Assembly (NCBI GenBank): GCA_963666275.2 | Contig: CAXXOA010000001.1 | Location: 1,088,001 to 1,152,000 of the forward strand | Direction of reading: 5' to 3' | From: Oceanispirochaeta sp. | GTDB lineage: Bacteria > Spirochaetota > Spirochaetia > DSM-2461 | Length of the DNA: 64,000 nucleotides | Shown: positions 48,338 through 57,451 of the stretch, in pieces | How the letters are laid out: every line of letters starts with the position of its first letter | How positions within the stretch are numbered: the first letter of the stretch is position 1 | Program-made: the position numbers and the translations under genes | Notes under the pieces: model-generated | Seen by the model: the letters and a program-made list of their open reading frames with translations, nothing else | What the model was told of the DNA's origin: nothing | Databases searched by the model: none

Positions 48338-49519
48338 ATGAATTTTCAGTATTTTATGCCTTCCAGAATAGTTTTCGGTTCCGGTTCATTGAATCAGCTC
48401 GCCACACTGGCACTGCCGGGAAAAAAGGCTCTGATCGTAATTTCATCGGGAAAATCCATGAAAAATAACGGATATCTTGACCGTGTCCGGGAGCTGCTGA
48501 AAGAGAACAGCACCGATTCGGTTGTTTTTGATAAGATCCAGCCGAATCCCACCCTGAAGCACGTCATGGAGGGGGCGGAACTTGCCAGATCCCGGGGCTG
48601 CGATTTTGTGATCGGACTGGGCGGCGGCAGCAGTATAGACTCGGCCAAAAGCATTGCGGTTATGGCAAAAAATCCCGGTGACTACTGGGATTATATTTCC
48701 GGAGGTTCTGGAAAGGGACAGCCCGTGAAAAACGGAGCTCTTCCCATCGTGGCCATTACAACAACAGCCGGAACCGGGACCGAAGCGGATCCCTGGACTG
48801 TGGTTACCAAAGAGGAAACAGGAGAAAAGATCGGCTTCGGCAATGATGATACCTTTCCGACCCTCTCTATTGTGGATCCTGAAATTATGCTGTCCGTACC
48901 TGCCCATCTGACTGCCTATCAGGGGTTCGATGCCTTTTTTCACGCCTCCGAAGGCTATATTGCCAAATGTTCCGATCCCTTCAGTGACCTTTATGCCCTG
49001 AAGAGTATTGAGCTCATAGCGAAATGGCTTCCTCTGGCTGTTAAAGACGGTTCCAACAGGGAAGCAAGGGAGAATGTGGCTCTGGCCAATACCCTGGCGG
49101 GTTTTGTGGAATCCACCTCATCCTGTACTTCCGAACACTCCATGGAACACGCTCTGAGCGCGGCAGATGCTGCTCTGCCTCATGGGGCGGGACTGATTAT
49201 GCTCTCAGAGTCGTATCACCGCTTTTTTCAGGAGAGAACCCAGTCCGAACGGTATACTCAGATGGCTAAGGCCATGGGTGAGGACACGGACGCTCTGCCC
49301 GAAAAAGACCGCCCCGCCGCTTTCATCACGGCTCTGCTTAAAATGCAGAAAGCCTGCGGCGTGGATCAGCTGAAAATGTCCGATTATAAGATCCCCCGGG
49401 ATCAGGTCCCCGCGCTGGCTCAGAAAGCCTGGGATACCATGGGAGGTCTCTTTGAAGTGGATCCTGTAAAACTGACTCTGGAGGAGACAGTGTTTATTAT
49501 GGAGAGAGCTTACAGATAG
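48338..49519 (+). CDS. Iron-containing alcohol dehydrogenase
   Basis: GGGSSIDSAK, TTAGTGTE, DAFFH..E, H.MEH and HG metal ligands. Confidence 0.93.
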   Translation: MNFQYFMPSRIVFGSGSLNQLATLALPGKKALIVISSGKSMKNNGYLDRVRELLKENSTDSVVFDKIQPNPTLKHVMEGAELARSRGCDFVIGLGGGSSIDSAKSIAVMAKNPGDYWDYISGGSGKGQPVKNGALPIVAITTTAGTGTEADPWTVVTKEETGEKIGFGNDDTFPTLSIVDPEIMLSVPAHLTAYQGFDAFFHASEGYIAKCSDPFSDLYALKSIELIAKWLPLAVKDGSNREARENVALANTLAGFVESTSSCTSEHSMEHALSAADAALPHGAGLIMLSESYHRFFQERTQSERYTQMAKAMGEDTDALPEKDRPAAFITALLKMQKACGVDQLKMSDYKIPRDQVPALAQKAWDTMGGLFEVDPVKLTLEETVFIMERAYR

Positions 49520-49535
49520 GGTTTTTAGAATTCAC

Positions 49536-49578
49536 ACAGAAAAGGACAGGGGGAAACTCTCCTGTCCTTTTTCTGTTT
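49536..49578. terminator. Bidirectional intrinsic terminator
   Basis: ACAGAAAAGGACAGG...CCTGTCCTTTTTCTGT inverted repeat. Confidence 0.88.
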
Positions 49579-49615
49579 ATACAGGGAAATCCTGACTCTT
49601 AATAATCCAGAGATA

Positions 49616-49678
49616 TCAGATGATTTTAATGATGACGATGACCAGAATAACGACAACTAATGCGGATATAAGGCTCAT
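49616..49678 (-). CDS. 20-aa hydrophobic microprotein MSLISALVVVILVIVIIKII
   Basis: RBS AGGAG 8 nt before the ATG, promoter TTGTGA(49732-49727)-17-TATAGT(49709-49704), and a terminator downstream. Confidence 0.65.
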   Translation of the reverse strand: MSLISALVVVILVIVIIKII

Positions 49679-49697
49679 TTAAATAACTCCTGTTTTT

Positions 49698-50888
49698 TTA
49701 TTTACTATACCCTTTCTTTTGTAATCTCACAAGTAAACTCTGCTTTTTCCCTGTCTGGATAAACGGGGAGTCTCTCCGGAACAGCCCTATCCCCGCGGCA
49801 GTCAGAAGGGATATATAGACAAGACTCCAGCCCAGAGCCCAGAGGATATCTCCCGGGATTATCCTTTCCACGGCGGTTTCTCTGATGGCAAGGGCCATAT
49901 TCACAAGGGGAATGTGGGGAAAGAACCAGGGACGGGCTTTCAGGTCGATGTTCTGGGCCAGGTAGACCGCCCCCATTCCCACAGAAAGAAGAGGCATGGA
50001 GAGCAGCTGGGCCTCCCTGACAGATCTTGTCAGAAACCCCGCCGTAAGCTCCAGGGCTGTGAACAGAAGGGTCAGAATCATCATAAGCAGAACCAGAAGA
50101 AGGATCTGCTCGGGCAGTAAAGAAAATGAGAGACTTTCGGAGCCCAGAATTTCCGGAGTGATCACATAGGAGAGGTAGCAGCCCAGAAAATAGGCGCCCA
50201 CGCTGAAGAATCCCGTCAGGGATCCGGCGGTCAGTTTTCCCAGGAGGATCCCTGTCCTGGAGGCGGAGGTGGACAAAAGGGGCTCCAGGCTGTTTCTCTC
50301 CTTTTCTCCCGAGCTTAGATCGGCCGCGCCGGCCAGGGGGCAGGTAATGGCGAAGATAAAAAACATAAAGGGAAGGATCATCCCCAGTAAGAGAGTTGCC
50401 GCCGCTTTCTCCCGGGCAAACAGGGGCCGCGGTTTAAATGTATGATGGTTTTTTTCTGCTTCCGCCGGGAGAGAAGCCTCTGCCCCGCCTGGAGACAGAA
50501 TCTCTGTAAAAGTCTGATAGGCCCGGAGCGAAACAGCATCGGTATTGTCATATCCTATAAGAAGAGACGGACCTTCCGCGTCTTCAGTGATCATCAGATC
50601 ATAGCTGTAGAACCATCCTTCCGTGTTCTCCCTGTCCGTTTCGGTGACTTCGAAAAAGGGGGATTCTCCGATCTGAAGGGGGAGGGCTGCCGGTGGGATC
50701 GCCGCTATCCTGTAGACACGGTCGGAAGCTCCTTCTCCCCGGGGGCTTTCGTTGAGCACCCAGAACAGAAGAGGAAAGAGGATCAGGGGCAGCCCCAGAG
50801 AGAGGAGCAGGGACCGGGGATCCCGGAAAAAATCCTTCATCTCCTTCCATGTTACCAGGACAATGACTCTTTTAAGGGATCCTGTCAT
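49698..50888 (-). CDS. ABC transporter permease (NatB-like)
   Basis: KEMKDFFRD.R, GEKERNSLEPLL and R..ILLGK motifs. Confidence 0.88.
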   Translation of the reverse strand: MTGSLKRVIVLVTWKEMKDFFRDPRSLLLSLGLPLILFPLLFWVLNESPRGEGASDRVYRIAAIPPAALPLQIGESPFFEVTETDRENTEGWFYSYDLMITEDAEGPSLLIGYDNTDAVSLRAYQTFTEILSPGGAEASLPAEAEKNHHTFKPRPLFAREKAAATLLLGMILPFMFFIFAITCPLAGAADLSSGEKERNSLEPLLSTSASRTGILLGKLTAGSLTGFFSVGAYFLGCYLSYVITPEILGSESLSFSLLPEQILLLVLLMMILTLLFTALELTAGFLTRSVREAQLLSMPLLSVGMGAVYLAQNIDLKARPWFFPHIPLVNMALAIRETAVERIIPGDILWALGWSLVYISLLTAAGIGLFRRDSPFIQTGKKQSLLVRLQKKGYSK

Positions 50889-51643
50889 AGGGGGCTCTCC
50901 TGTATTCTGAAAAAAGTATCCTCCAGGTTTCCCCCGTCTTTCCAGTCCGAAGGGGAAAGGGCGGCCGCCAGACGGCCCTGTTTCAGCACAAGAACCCTAT
51001 CGGCAATCTTTTCCACAGCGGCCATATCGTGACTTGAAAAAATCACCGTTTTGTTCCGGTTTCTGCACCAGAGGATAAAGTCATGGATGTGTCTGGCCGT
51101 GGTTACATCCAATCCCGATGCCGGTTCATCCAGGAGCAGTACATCCGGGTCATGGATGATGGTCCGGGCTATCAGTGTTTTCTGCCGCATCCCTGTGGAA
51201 AATGTCCCCGACCGTTTATCCAGGAAGTCCTGCATGTCCAGAAGGGAGGCTGTTTCGCTGATTTTCTGCCGGCTCTGGGACCGGGGCATGCCGTTCAGAT
51301 CGGCATAATAGAGGATATTTTCTCTGGCGCTCAACCTTTCATAAAGACCGCTCTGCTGCCCGAAGAGGATTCCAATAGACCGGCGGACCTCCCGGGGCTG
51401 CTCACGGGTATCGTATCCGGCAATGGCTATATTTCCGGAACTGGGAGACAGCATGGTCGCCATCATTCTGAAGGTGGTGGATTTGCCCGCTCCGTTTTCC
51501 CCGATCAGGCCCAGGACCTCTCCGGGACCGGCGGTAAAGGAGAGCCTGTCTACCGCATTGGGATCATTCGGAGAAAAGGACTTGCTGAGGTTCCGGACAT
51601 TCACTACAGGAGGGTCCCTGTGGGGGGGATGGGCATTTTTCAT
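50885..51643 (-). CDS. ABC transporter ATP-binding protein (NatA-like)
   Basis: GENGAGKST, FSTGMRQK, LLDEP and SSH motifs. Confidence 0.92.
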   Translation of the reverse strand: MKNAHPPHRDPPVVNVRNLSKSFSPNDPNAVDRLSFTAGPGEVLGLIGENGAGKSTTFRMMATMLSPSSGNIAIAGYDTREQPREVRRSIGILFGQQSGLYERLSARENILYYADLNGMPRSQSRQKISETASLLDMQDFLDKRSGTFSTGMRQKTLIARTIIHDPDVLLLDEPASGLDVTTARHIHDFILWCRNRNKTVIFSSHDMAAVEKIADRVLVLKQGRLAAALSPSDWKDGGNLEDTFFRIQESPL

Positions 51644-51776
51644 TCTGTCATACTAGACGGGGGGGCATAAAAAAACAATATTTTATTGTCCGGGTCGAAA
51701 GATTCTTTTTCCTACAGGAACGGGGACGGGAAAAATGTCATTGCCCCAGGCCTGTTCGCTCCCTCTCCGGCTTAGC

Positions 51777-51805
51777 TTGACAATATAAGGGCCGGAAACT
51801 ATGAT
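51777..51805 (+). promoter_or_regulatory. Sigma70 promoter of metG
   Basis: TTGACA-17 nt-TATGAT. Confidence 0.75.
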
Positions 51806-51880
51806 ATCCTGAGGTATCCACTGCGACTGTATAGAACCTTCGCTGATAGTGTAAATCATTTCCATATAAGAGGTTTGACC

Positions 51881-54043
51881 GTGAAAAAAAGACTCGTAAC
51901 TTCTGCATTACCCTATGTAAATAACATTCCCCATCTGGGAAATATCATACAAGTTCTCTCTGCTGATGTTTTTGCCCGTTTCTGCCGCCAGGCGGGGTAT
52001 GAAACCCTGTATGTCTGCGGAACCGATGAATACGGGACGGCAACAGAAACCAAGGCTCTGGAAGAGGGGGTTTCCCCCCGGGAACTGTGCGACCGGTTCA
52101 ACAAGATCCATACGGAGATCTATGAATGGTTCAATATCAATTTCGACTATTTCGGACGCACATCCACCCCTCAGCAGACCGAGATTGTCCAGCATCTGTT
52201 TAAAAAGATCGATGACGCCGGACTGATCAATGAGAAAACCATCGAACAGCTCTACTGCAACAGCTGCGACCGCTTTCTGGCGGACCGCTATGTCCATGGA
52301 ATCTGTCCCCACTGCGGCAGTGAACATGCCAGAGGAGACCAGTGCGAGGACTGCGGGAAGCTCCTGGAACCCACAGAGCTGGAAAGCCCCCGCTGCGGAA
52401 CCTGCGGAGCCACTCCGGAAGTGAAAAGCACCAAACACCTCTATATCGATCTGCCCGGTGTTCTTCCCAAACTGGAAGCCTGGATGGAGAAAGCTTCGGT
52501 AGACGGATTCTGGGCGCGCAACGCCATCCAGATGACGAAAAGCTGGATCCGGGACGGTTTGAAGGAAAGAGCTATTACCAGAGACCTGAAATGGGGTATT
52601 CCTGTTCCCAAAGAGGGATTCGAAGACAAAGTTTTTTATGTTTGGTTCGATGCTCCCATCGGATACATCTCCATTTCCGCCTGTTATACGGAAAACTGGA
52701 AAGACTGGTGGCAGGATCCGGACAATACCGAGCTCTTTCAGTTTATAGGAAAGGACAACATTCCCTTTCATACTGTAATATTCCCTTCCACTCTGCTGGG
52801 AAGCGGTGAAAACTGGACCATGCTTCACCACATGTCCTCCAGTGAATACCTGAACTATGAAAATACCAAATTTTCCAAGAGCAAAGGCGTCGGGGTTTTC
52901 GGGAACGACTGTCAGGATACGGGAATTCCCGCCGATGTCTGGCGGTTCTACATCTTCTACAACAGACCGGAGAAGTCGGATACCCAGTTTACCTGGAGCG
53001 ACTTTCAGGACAAGGTCAACTCCGAGCTGATTGGTAACCTGGGCAACCTGGTAAACAGAACTCTGACATTTACAGGGCGCTTTTTTGACGGCAAACTGCC
53101 CCAGGGAAAAGTGGATGAAGAGTTCTGGAAGGAAGTCAAAGCCAGGGAGAAAGAGATCACAGCCAAACTGGACCGGGCCGAACTGAGGGATGCCTTCAAG
53201 GATATCCTTCATCTCAGCTCTCTGGGGAACAAGGCCTTTCAGGAAGGCGAACCCTGGAGAACCAGAAAGGACGATCCTGAAGCCGCGGCCTCTCTGCTTA
53301 TGAATCTGGTCTATCTTGTCAGAGACCTGGCAATCCTGGTGCATCCCTATATTCCCGAAACAGGCGACCGCATCGCCGCTCAGCTGGGTCTGAAAGATCT
53401 GCAGTGGGAACATCTGGCCCAGATGGAGGGGATCGATCAGATCGGGACTCCCGAAATCCTGTTTAAAAAACTGGAAGATGATTTTGTAGAGGAACTGAAA
53501 GTCCGCTTTTCGGGCAGTCAGAAAGAGAGAGCCCTGGCCGAAGAGGCTCCTTCTGTGGAAAAAGAGTTTAAAGAGACCATTGATCTGAGGGTGGCTAAAA
53601 TCCTTAAAGCCGAACAGCATCCGGATGCGGAGAAACTCTATGTTATCTCGCTGGATGCGGGAGAAGAGGAACCCAGGACCATCTGCAGCGGTCTGGTGGG
53701 ACACTATACCATTGATGAACTGAACGGAAAAAATATCATCCTGGCCTATAATCTGAAACCGGCAAAGCTGAGGGGAATCAAATCCAACGGTATGCTGCTG
53801 GCTGCGGAAAACAAAGAGGATATGGAAGTCATCTTTCCCGCATCGGGAAATCCCGGTGACCGTGTCCTTCTTTCCGGAGAAAAAGCGGATGCCCCTGTAC
53901 CGGGGAAAAAGATCAAGGTCGACCGTTTCTTTGAAATCCCCATCAGAGTGGAGGGGCATGAGGTCAAGGTAGGGGACACTGTCCTGACTATCGCAGGAGA
54001 TACTCTTAAAACCTCCCGTGTCGCTGACGGGGAAGTAGGCTGA
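51881..54043 (+). CDS. metG: Methionine--tRNA ligase with C-terminal tRNA-binding OB domain
   Basis: TSALPYVN..PHLGN, Zn knuckles, YVWFDA, GKDNIPFH, KFSKS and DLRV..HPDAEKL. GTG at 51881 follows AGAGG. Confidence 0.97.
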   Translation: MKKRLVTSALPYVNNIPHLGNIIQVLSADVFARFCRQAGYETLYVCGTDEYGTATETKALEEGVSPRELCDRFNKIHTEIYEWFNINFDYFGRTSTPQQTEIVQHLFKKIDDAGLINEKTIEQLYCNSCDRFLADRYVHGICPHCGSEHARGDQCEDCGKLLEPTELESPRCGTCGATPEVKSTKHLYIDLPGVLPKLEAWMEKASVDGFWARNAIQMTKSWIRDGLKERAITRDLKWGIPVPKEGFEDKVFYVWFDAPIGYISISACYTENWKDWWQDPDNTELFQFIGKDNIPFHTVIFPSTLLGSGENWTMLHHMSSSEYLNYENTKFSKSKGVGVFGNDCQDTGIPADVWRFYIFYNRPEKSDTQFTWSDFQDKVNSELIGNLGNLVNRTLTFTGRFFDGKLPQGKVDEEFWKEVKAREKEITAKLDRAELRDAFKDILHLSSLGNKAFQEGEPWRTRKDDPEAAASLLMNLVYLVRDLAILVHPYIPETGDRIAAQLGLKDLQWEHLAQMEGIDQIGTPEILFKKLEDDFVEELKVRFSGSQKERALAEEAPSVEKEFKETIDLRVAKILKAEQHPDAEKLYVISLDAGEEEPRTICSGLVGHYTIDELNGKNIILAYNLKPAKLRGIKSNGMLLAAENKEDMEVIFPASGNPGDRVLLSGEKADAPVPGKKIKVDRFFEIPIRVEGHEVKVGDTVLTIAGDTLKTSRVADGEVG

Positions 54044-54049
54044 TCCTCC

Positions 54050-55123
54050 ATGCCTGTCATAGCTGAAAGGATCTCACTGGAAGAACTGGAACAGAAAGCC
54101 GGGCAGGATTCATCGCCTGTTTTTCTGCAGTCTGCACTCTGGGGCAGGCATAAGGCCTCTTTCGGCTGGAAACCTCTGCCTGTCAAATGGCGCCGGGGCG
54201 AAGAGTCGGGTGTTCTCCTTATTCTGACACGGGATCTTATCCCCGGTATTTCCCTGGCCTATGTTCCCCACGGCCCTTCCTCCGAAGCAGGAAGGGAGGA
54301 TCGGGAACTCTTCCTTATGGAACTTTCCCGGGAGCTCCGGGGAGTTCTGCCTCTGGGCTGTTTTTTTATCCGCTTTGATCTTCCCGACTATGCGGTAGCA
54401 GAGGAAGAGCCGGAAAAATTGGATAAACCATTTGTAAAGGCGCCTCTGGATATACAGCCTCCCGATACGGTGGTTCTGGATCTGAAAGCGGCTTCCGCCT
54501 CGGAGGATCCTCAGGGGCAGCTTCTGGGGCAGATGCATAAAAAAACACGTTACAATATCCGTCTGGCCGAAAAAAAGGGTGTTACTGTGAAAGTTTCGGG
54601 CGGGGAAAAGCTGCGGGACTGGTACGGCCTGTATGAAACCACCGCTGCGAGAGACAGGATCGCTATCCATCCTTTTTCCTACTACCACAGGCTTTTTGAA
54701 CTTGTAGAGTCCGGAAGCGACAGGGATCCCATGGAACTGAAGCTCCTTCTGGCCTATTCTCCTGATCAGGAACTCCTGGCCGGGATCATCGTTCTTTTCC
54801 GGGGAGGAGAGTCGGTCTATCTCTACGGTGCCTCTTCCAATGAAAACCGTCAGCTGATGCCCAACTATGCCCTTCAGTGGGAGGCCCTGAAAATGGCCCT
54901 TGAAAGAGGGTGTACAGAGTACGATCTTTTCGGGATTCCCCCCACGGCAGATCCGGCCCATCCCATGCACGGCCTCTACCGTATGAAAACGGGATTCGGA
55001 GGAGAGATCAGGCACCGTCCGGGAGCCTGGGACTTTCCCTACAGCCGGCTCCTTTACACAGCCTATAAACTCCTGGAAGCCGCACGCCGCTACTATTACA
55101 AAAACTGGAAAAAACGCCGCTGA
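54050..55123 (+). CDS. FemABX-family lipid II aminoacyl (glycyl) transferase
   Basis: FLQS..WG, KKTRYNIRLAEKKGV, YLYGAS, YALQW, YDLFG and GLYRMKTGFGG motifs. Confidence 0.92.
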   Translation: MPVIAERISLEELEQKAGQDSSPVFLQSALWGRHKASFGWKPLPVKWRRGEESGVLLILTRDLIPGISLAYVPHGPSSEAGREDRELFLMELSRELRGVLPLGCFFIRFDLPDYAVAEEEPEKLDKPFVKAPLDIQPPDTVVLDLKAASASEDPQGQLLGQMHKKTRYNIRLAEKKGVTVKVSGGEKLRDWYGLYETTAARDRIAIHPFSYYHRLFELVESGSDRDPMELKLLLAYSPDQELLAGIIVLFRGGESVYLYGASSNENRQLMPNYALQWEALKMALERGCTEYDLFGIPPTADPAHPMHGLYRMKTGFGGEIRHRPGAWDFPYSRLLYTAYKLLEAARRYYYKNWKKRR

Positions 55124-55217
55124 TTTTATTTTCATTTTCTCCTGTGAGGGTTTATAATTGACTCCGGAATCTGATTGATTAATCAATTAAATAATGACAG
55201 TCAGGAGAAGAATCTTT

Positions 55218-55246
55218 TTGCACCGGATCCTTTCCTTTTCTATGAT
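55218..55246 (+). promoter_or_regulatory. Sigma70-like promoter of fhs
   Basis: TTGCAC-17 nt-TATGAT. Confidence 0.6.
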
Positions 55247-55295
55247 TAATAGAGAGAGTCGGCTGTCTGAGATTGATCGCCCAAGGAGTTGAATC

Positions 55296-57059
55296 GTGTC
55301 AGTTAAAAAGAAAAACCCTGTCCCTTCGGATCTGGAAATTGCCCAGTCTGCGGCAATTGTTCCCATAGAGTCCATAGGAAAAAAGTTTCATCTCGAAAAA
55401 GAGGATATGATCCTTTACGGTGATACCAAGGCAAAAATTAAACTGGACGCCCTGAGCCGTCTGGAAAGCCTGCCGAAAGCCAGGTATATCGATGTCACTG
55501 CCATCACACCCACACCCCTGGGAGAAGGAAAGACAACCACCACCGTGGGACTCACCGAAGGGCTGGCCTATAACGGGCATAAAGCGCTGTGTGCCATCAG
55601 ACAGCCTTCCATGGGACCCACCTTCGGTATAAAGGGTGGAGCTGCCGGCGGAGGGTACAGTCAGGTTGTTCCCATGGAGGAGTTCAACCTCCATCTTACC
55701 GGTGATATCCATGCGGTGGGAGCCGCCCACAATCTGGGATCCGCCGGGATCGATGCCCGGATCTACCATGAAGGACGCTGGAGCGATGCCTTCCTGGAAA
55801 AGCAGGGAATCAGAAGGCTCGATCCCGATCCCTATCAGATCCTCTGGAGACGGGTCCTGGATATGAACGACCGGAGTCTGCGGAACATTATGACAGGTAT
55901 GGGCGAAATGGGGGACGGCCCTCTCCGTCAGACCGGTTTTGATATTACTGTGGCCAGCGAACTCATGGCCATCCTGGCCCTGGCAAAAAATCTGAAAGAC
56001 CTGAGAGAGAGGATTGGCCGGATGGTCATGGCGCTGGACAGGAAGGGGAATCCCCTGACGGCAGAAGATTTCGGTCTGGCCGGTGCCATGACTGTCCTTC
56101 TGAAAGATGCACTCATGCCCAACCTGATGCAGACCATGGAGGAGCAGGGGGCCCTGGTCCATACAGGCCCCTTTGCCAATATCGCCCATGGAAACTCTTC
56201 GGTCATTGCCGATTATATGGGGATCCGGATGGGGGATTATCTTGTGACCGAATCCGGTTTCGGAGCGGACGTGGGGATGGAAAAATTCTTCCATATCAAA
56301 TGCCGCAGCTCCAGTCTGGTGCCTGATGCGGTTGTCATGGTCGCGACAGTTCGGGCTCTGAAAATGCACGGCGGCGGTCCGGCTGTAAAACCGGGAAAAC
56401 CCCTGGATCCCGTATACAGGGATAAAAACCTGGAGCTTCTTAAAAAGGGATGCGGCAATCTGGCCTATCAGATCGCCCTGGCGGGAAAGTTCGGTGTCCC
56501 CGTGGTGGTGGCTATTAACGTTTTCCCCACTGATGATCCTCAGGAGTGGGAACTTATCCGGCAGGAGGCCCTGAAGGCCGGGGCTCTTGATGCGGTGGTC
56601 TCCCGGCACTGGGAAAAGGGCGGCGAAGGTTCTTCGGACCTGGCCAGAGTGGTGGAAAAGGCCGCAGAGGAGGGATCCCGTTTCAATTATCTCTATGATC
56701 TGGAGATCCCTGTGAAAGAAAAGATCGATATCCTGGCCAGGGAGGTCTACGGCGCCGGAAAGGTGGAGTACTCCCGGGAAGCCCGGAAAAAGATAGACAG
56801 CTACGAAGGTATGGGATACGGAGGCCTGCCCATCTGCATGGCCAAAACCCAGTACTCCATATCCCACGATCCGGAAATCAAGAATGTTCCCCCTTCCGGG
56901 TATACCTTCCCTGTGCAGGATCTGCGGCTCAGTGCGGGGGCCGGATTCATCTATCCTCTGGCGGGGGATATCCGAACCATGCCGGGACTGGGAAGCAAAC
57001 CGGCTTTCATGAATATGGATATCGATCCCGAATCCGGAGCCATAACAGGATTATTCTGA
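55296..57059 (+). CDS. fhs: Formate--tetrahydrofolate ligase
   Basis: TPTPLGEGKTT, GIKGGAAGGGYSQ, NLHLTGD, GPFANIAHG, ALKMHGG, CMAKTQYS and TMPGL motifs. Confidence 0.97.
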   Translation: MSVKKKNPVPSDLEIAQSAAIVPIESIGKKFHLEKEDMILYGDTKAKIKLDALSRLESLPKARYIDVTAITPTPLGEGKTTTTVGLTEGLAYNGHKALCAIRQPSMGPTFGIKGGAAGGGYSQVVPMEEFNLHLTGDIHAVGAAHNLGSAGIDARIYHEGRWSDAFLEKQGIRRLDPDPYQILWRRVLDMNDRSLRNIMTGMGEMGDGPLRQTGFDITVASELMAILALAKNLKDLRERIGRMVMALDRKGNPLTAEDFGLAGAMTVLLKDALMPNLMQTMEEQGALVHTGPFANIAHGNSSVIADYMGIRMGDYLVTESGFGADVGMEKFFHIKCRSSSLVPDAVVMVATVRALKMHGGGPAVKPGKPLDPVYRDKNLELLKKGCGNLAYQIALAGKFGVPVVVAINVFPTDDPQEWELIRQEALKAGALDAVVSRHWEKGGEGSSDLARVVEKAAEEGSRFNYLYDLEIPVKEKIDILAREVYGAGKVEYSREARKKIDSYEGMGYGGLPICMAKTQYSISHDPEIKNVPPSGYTFPVQDLRLSAGAGFIYPLAGDIRTMPGLGSKPAFMNMDIDPESGAITGLF

Positions 57060-57084
57060 TCTTATCCCCCAAGGCGAGCAGGGA

Positions 57085-57389
57085 ATTATTCTCATTCCAA
57101 TGCCCCCCCCCCCTTGTACAGACGCGATTTATCGCGTCTCCCAGAATTCCCCCGCATCTCAGCCAACCCTCACCCCTTAATCCCCTCTCCCAAGAGGAGA
57201 GGGGGAATCTTTTGATAATCTTATCTCCCTCGCCTTGTGGGAGAGGGGCCGGGGGTGAGGGTTGAAAAAGGAGAGGGAAAAGGCATAAGGCTGTGCAGAA
57301 GAAGGGATTGTATCTGGGGGAGGCGCGATGAATCGCGTCTGTACCTAGATGGGGAAAGGAGAGGGGGAAATGGGATCCTCGGGAATAAT
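57085..57389. repeat. Nested inverted-repeat element built from two REP-like palindrome families
   Basis: Outer pair GTACAGACGCGAT.TATCGCGTCTC at 57116-57140 with its inverted copy at 57320-57344. Inner pair CAACCCTCACCCC..CCCCTCTCCCA at 57164-57206 with its inverted copy at 57224-57264. Confidence 0.85.
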
Positions 57390-57451
57390 GGCAAAAGAGA
57401 AATATTTAATAAAAAGCGATCAGGCATGATGGCCTTTCCGCATTGCAAAAA

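Noticed and set aside
51806..51880. T-box or SAM riboswitch upstream of metG
   Set aside because: The leader is about 70 nt with only a weak hairpin; no T-box (UGGNACC) or SAM-I core and no terminator.
51908..53959. 683-aa minus-strand ORF
   Set aside because: Antisense shadow of metG. The same applies to the long ORFs opposite hydF, pfk, ddl, ftsH, femX, fhs, rel and prfA.
55247..55295. ZTP or THF riboswitch upstream of fhs
   Set aside because: The leader is only about 45 nt and lacks the conserved aptamer sequences.
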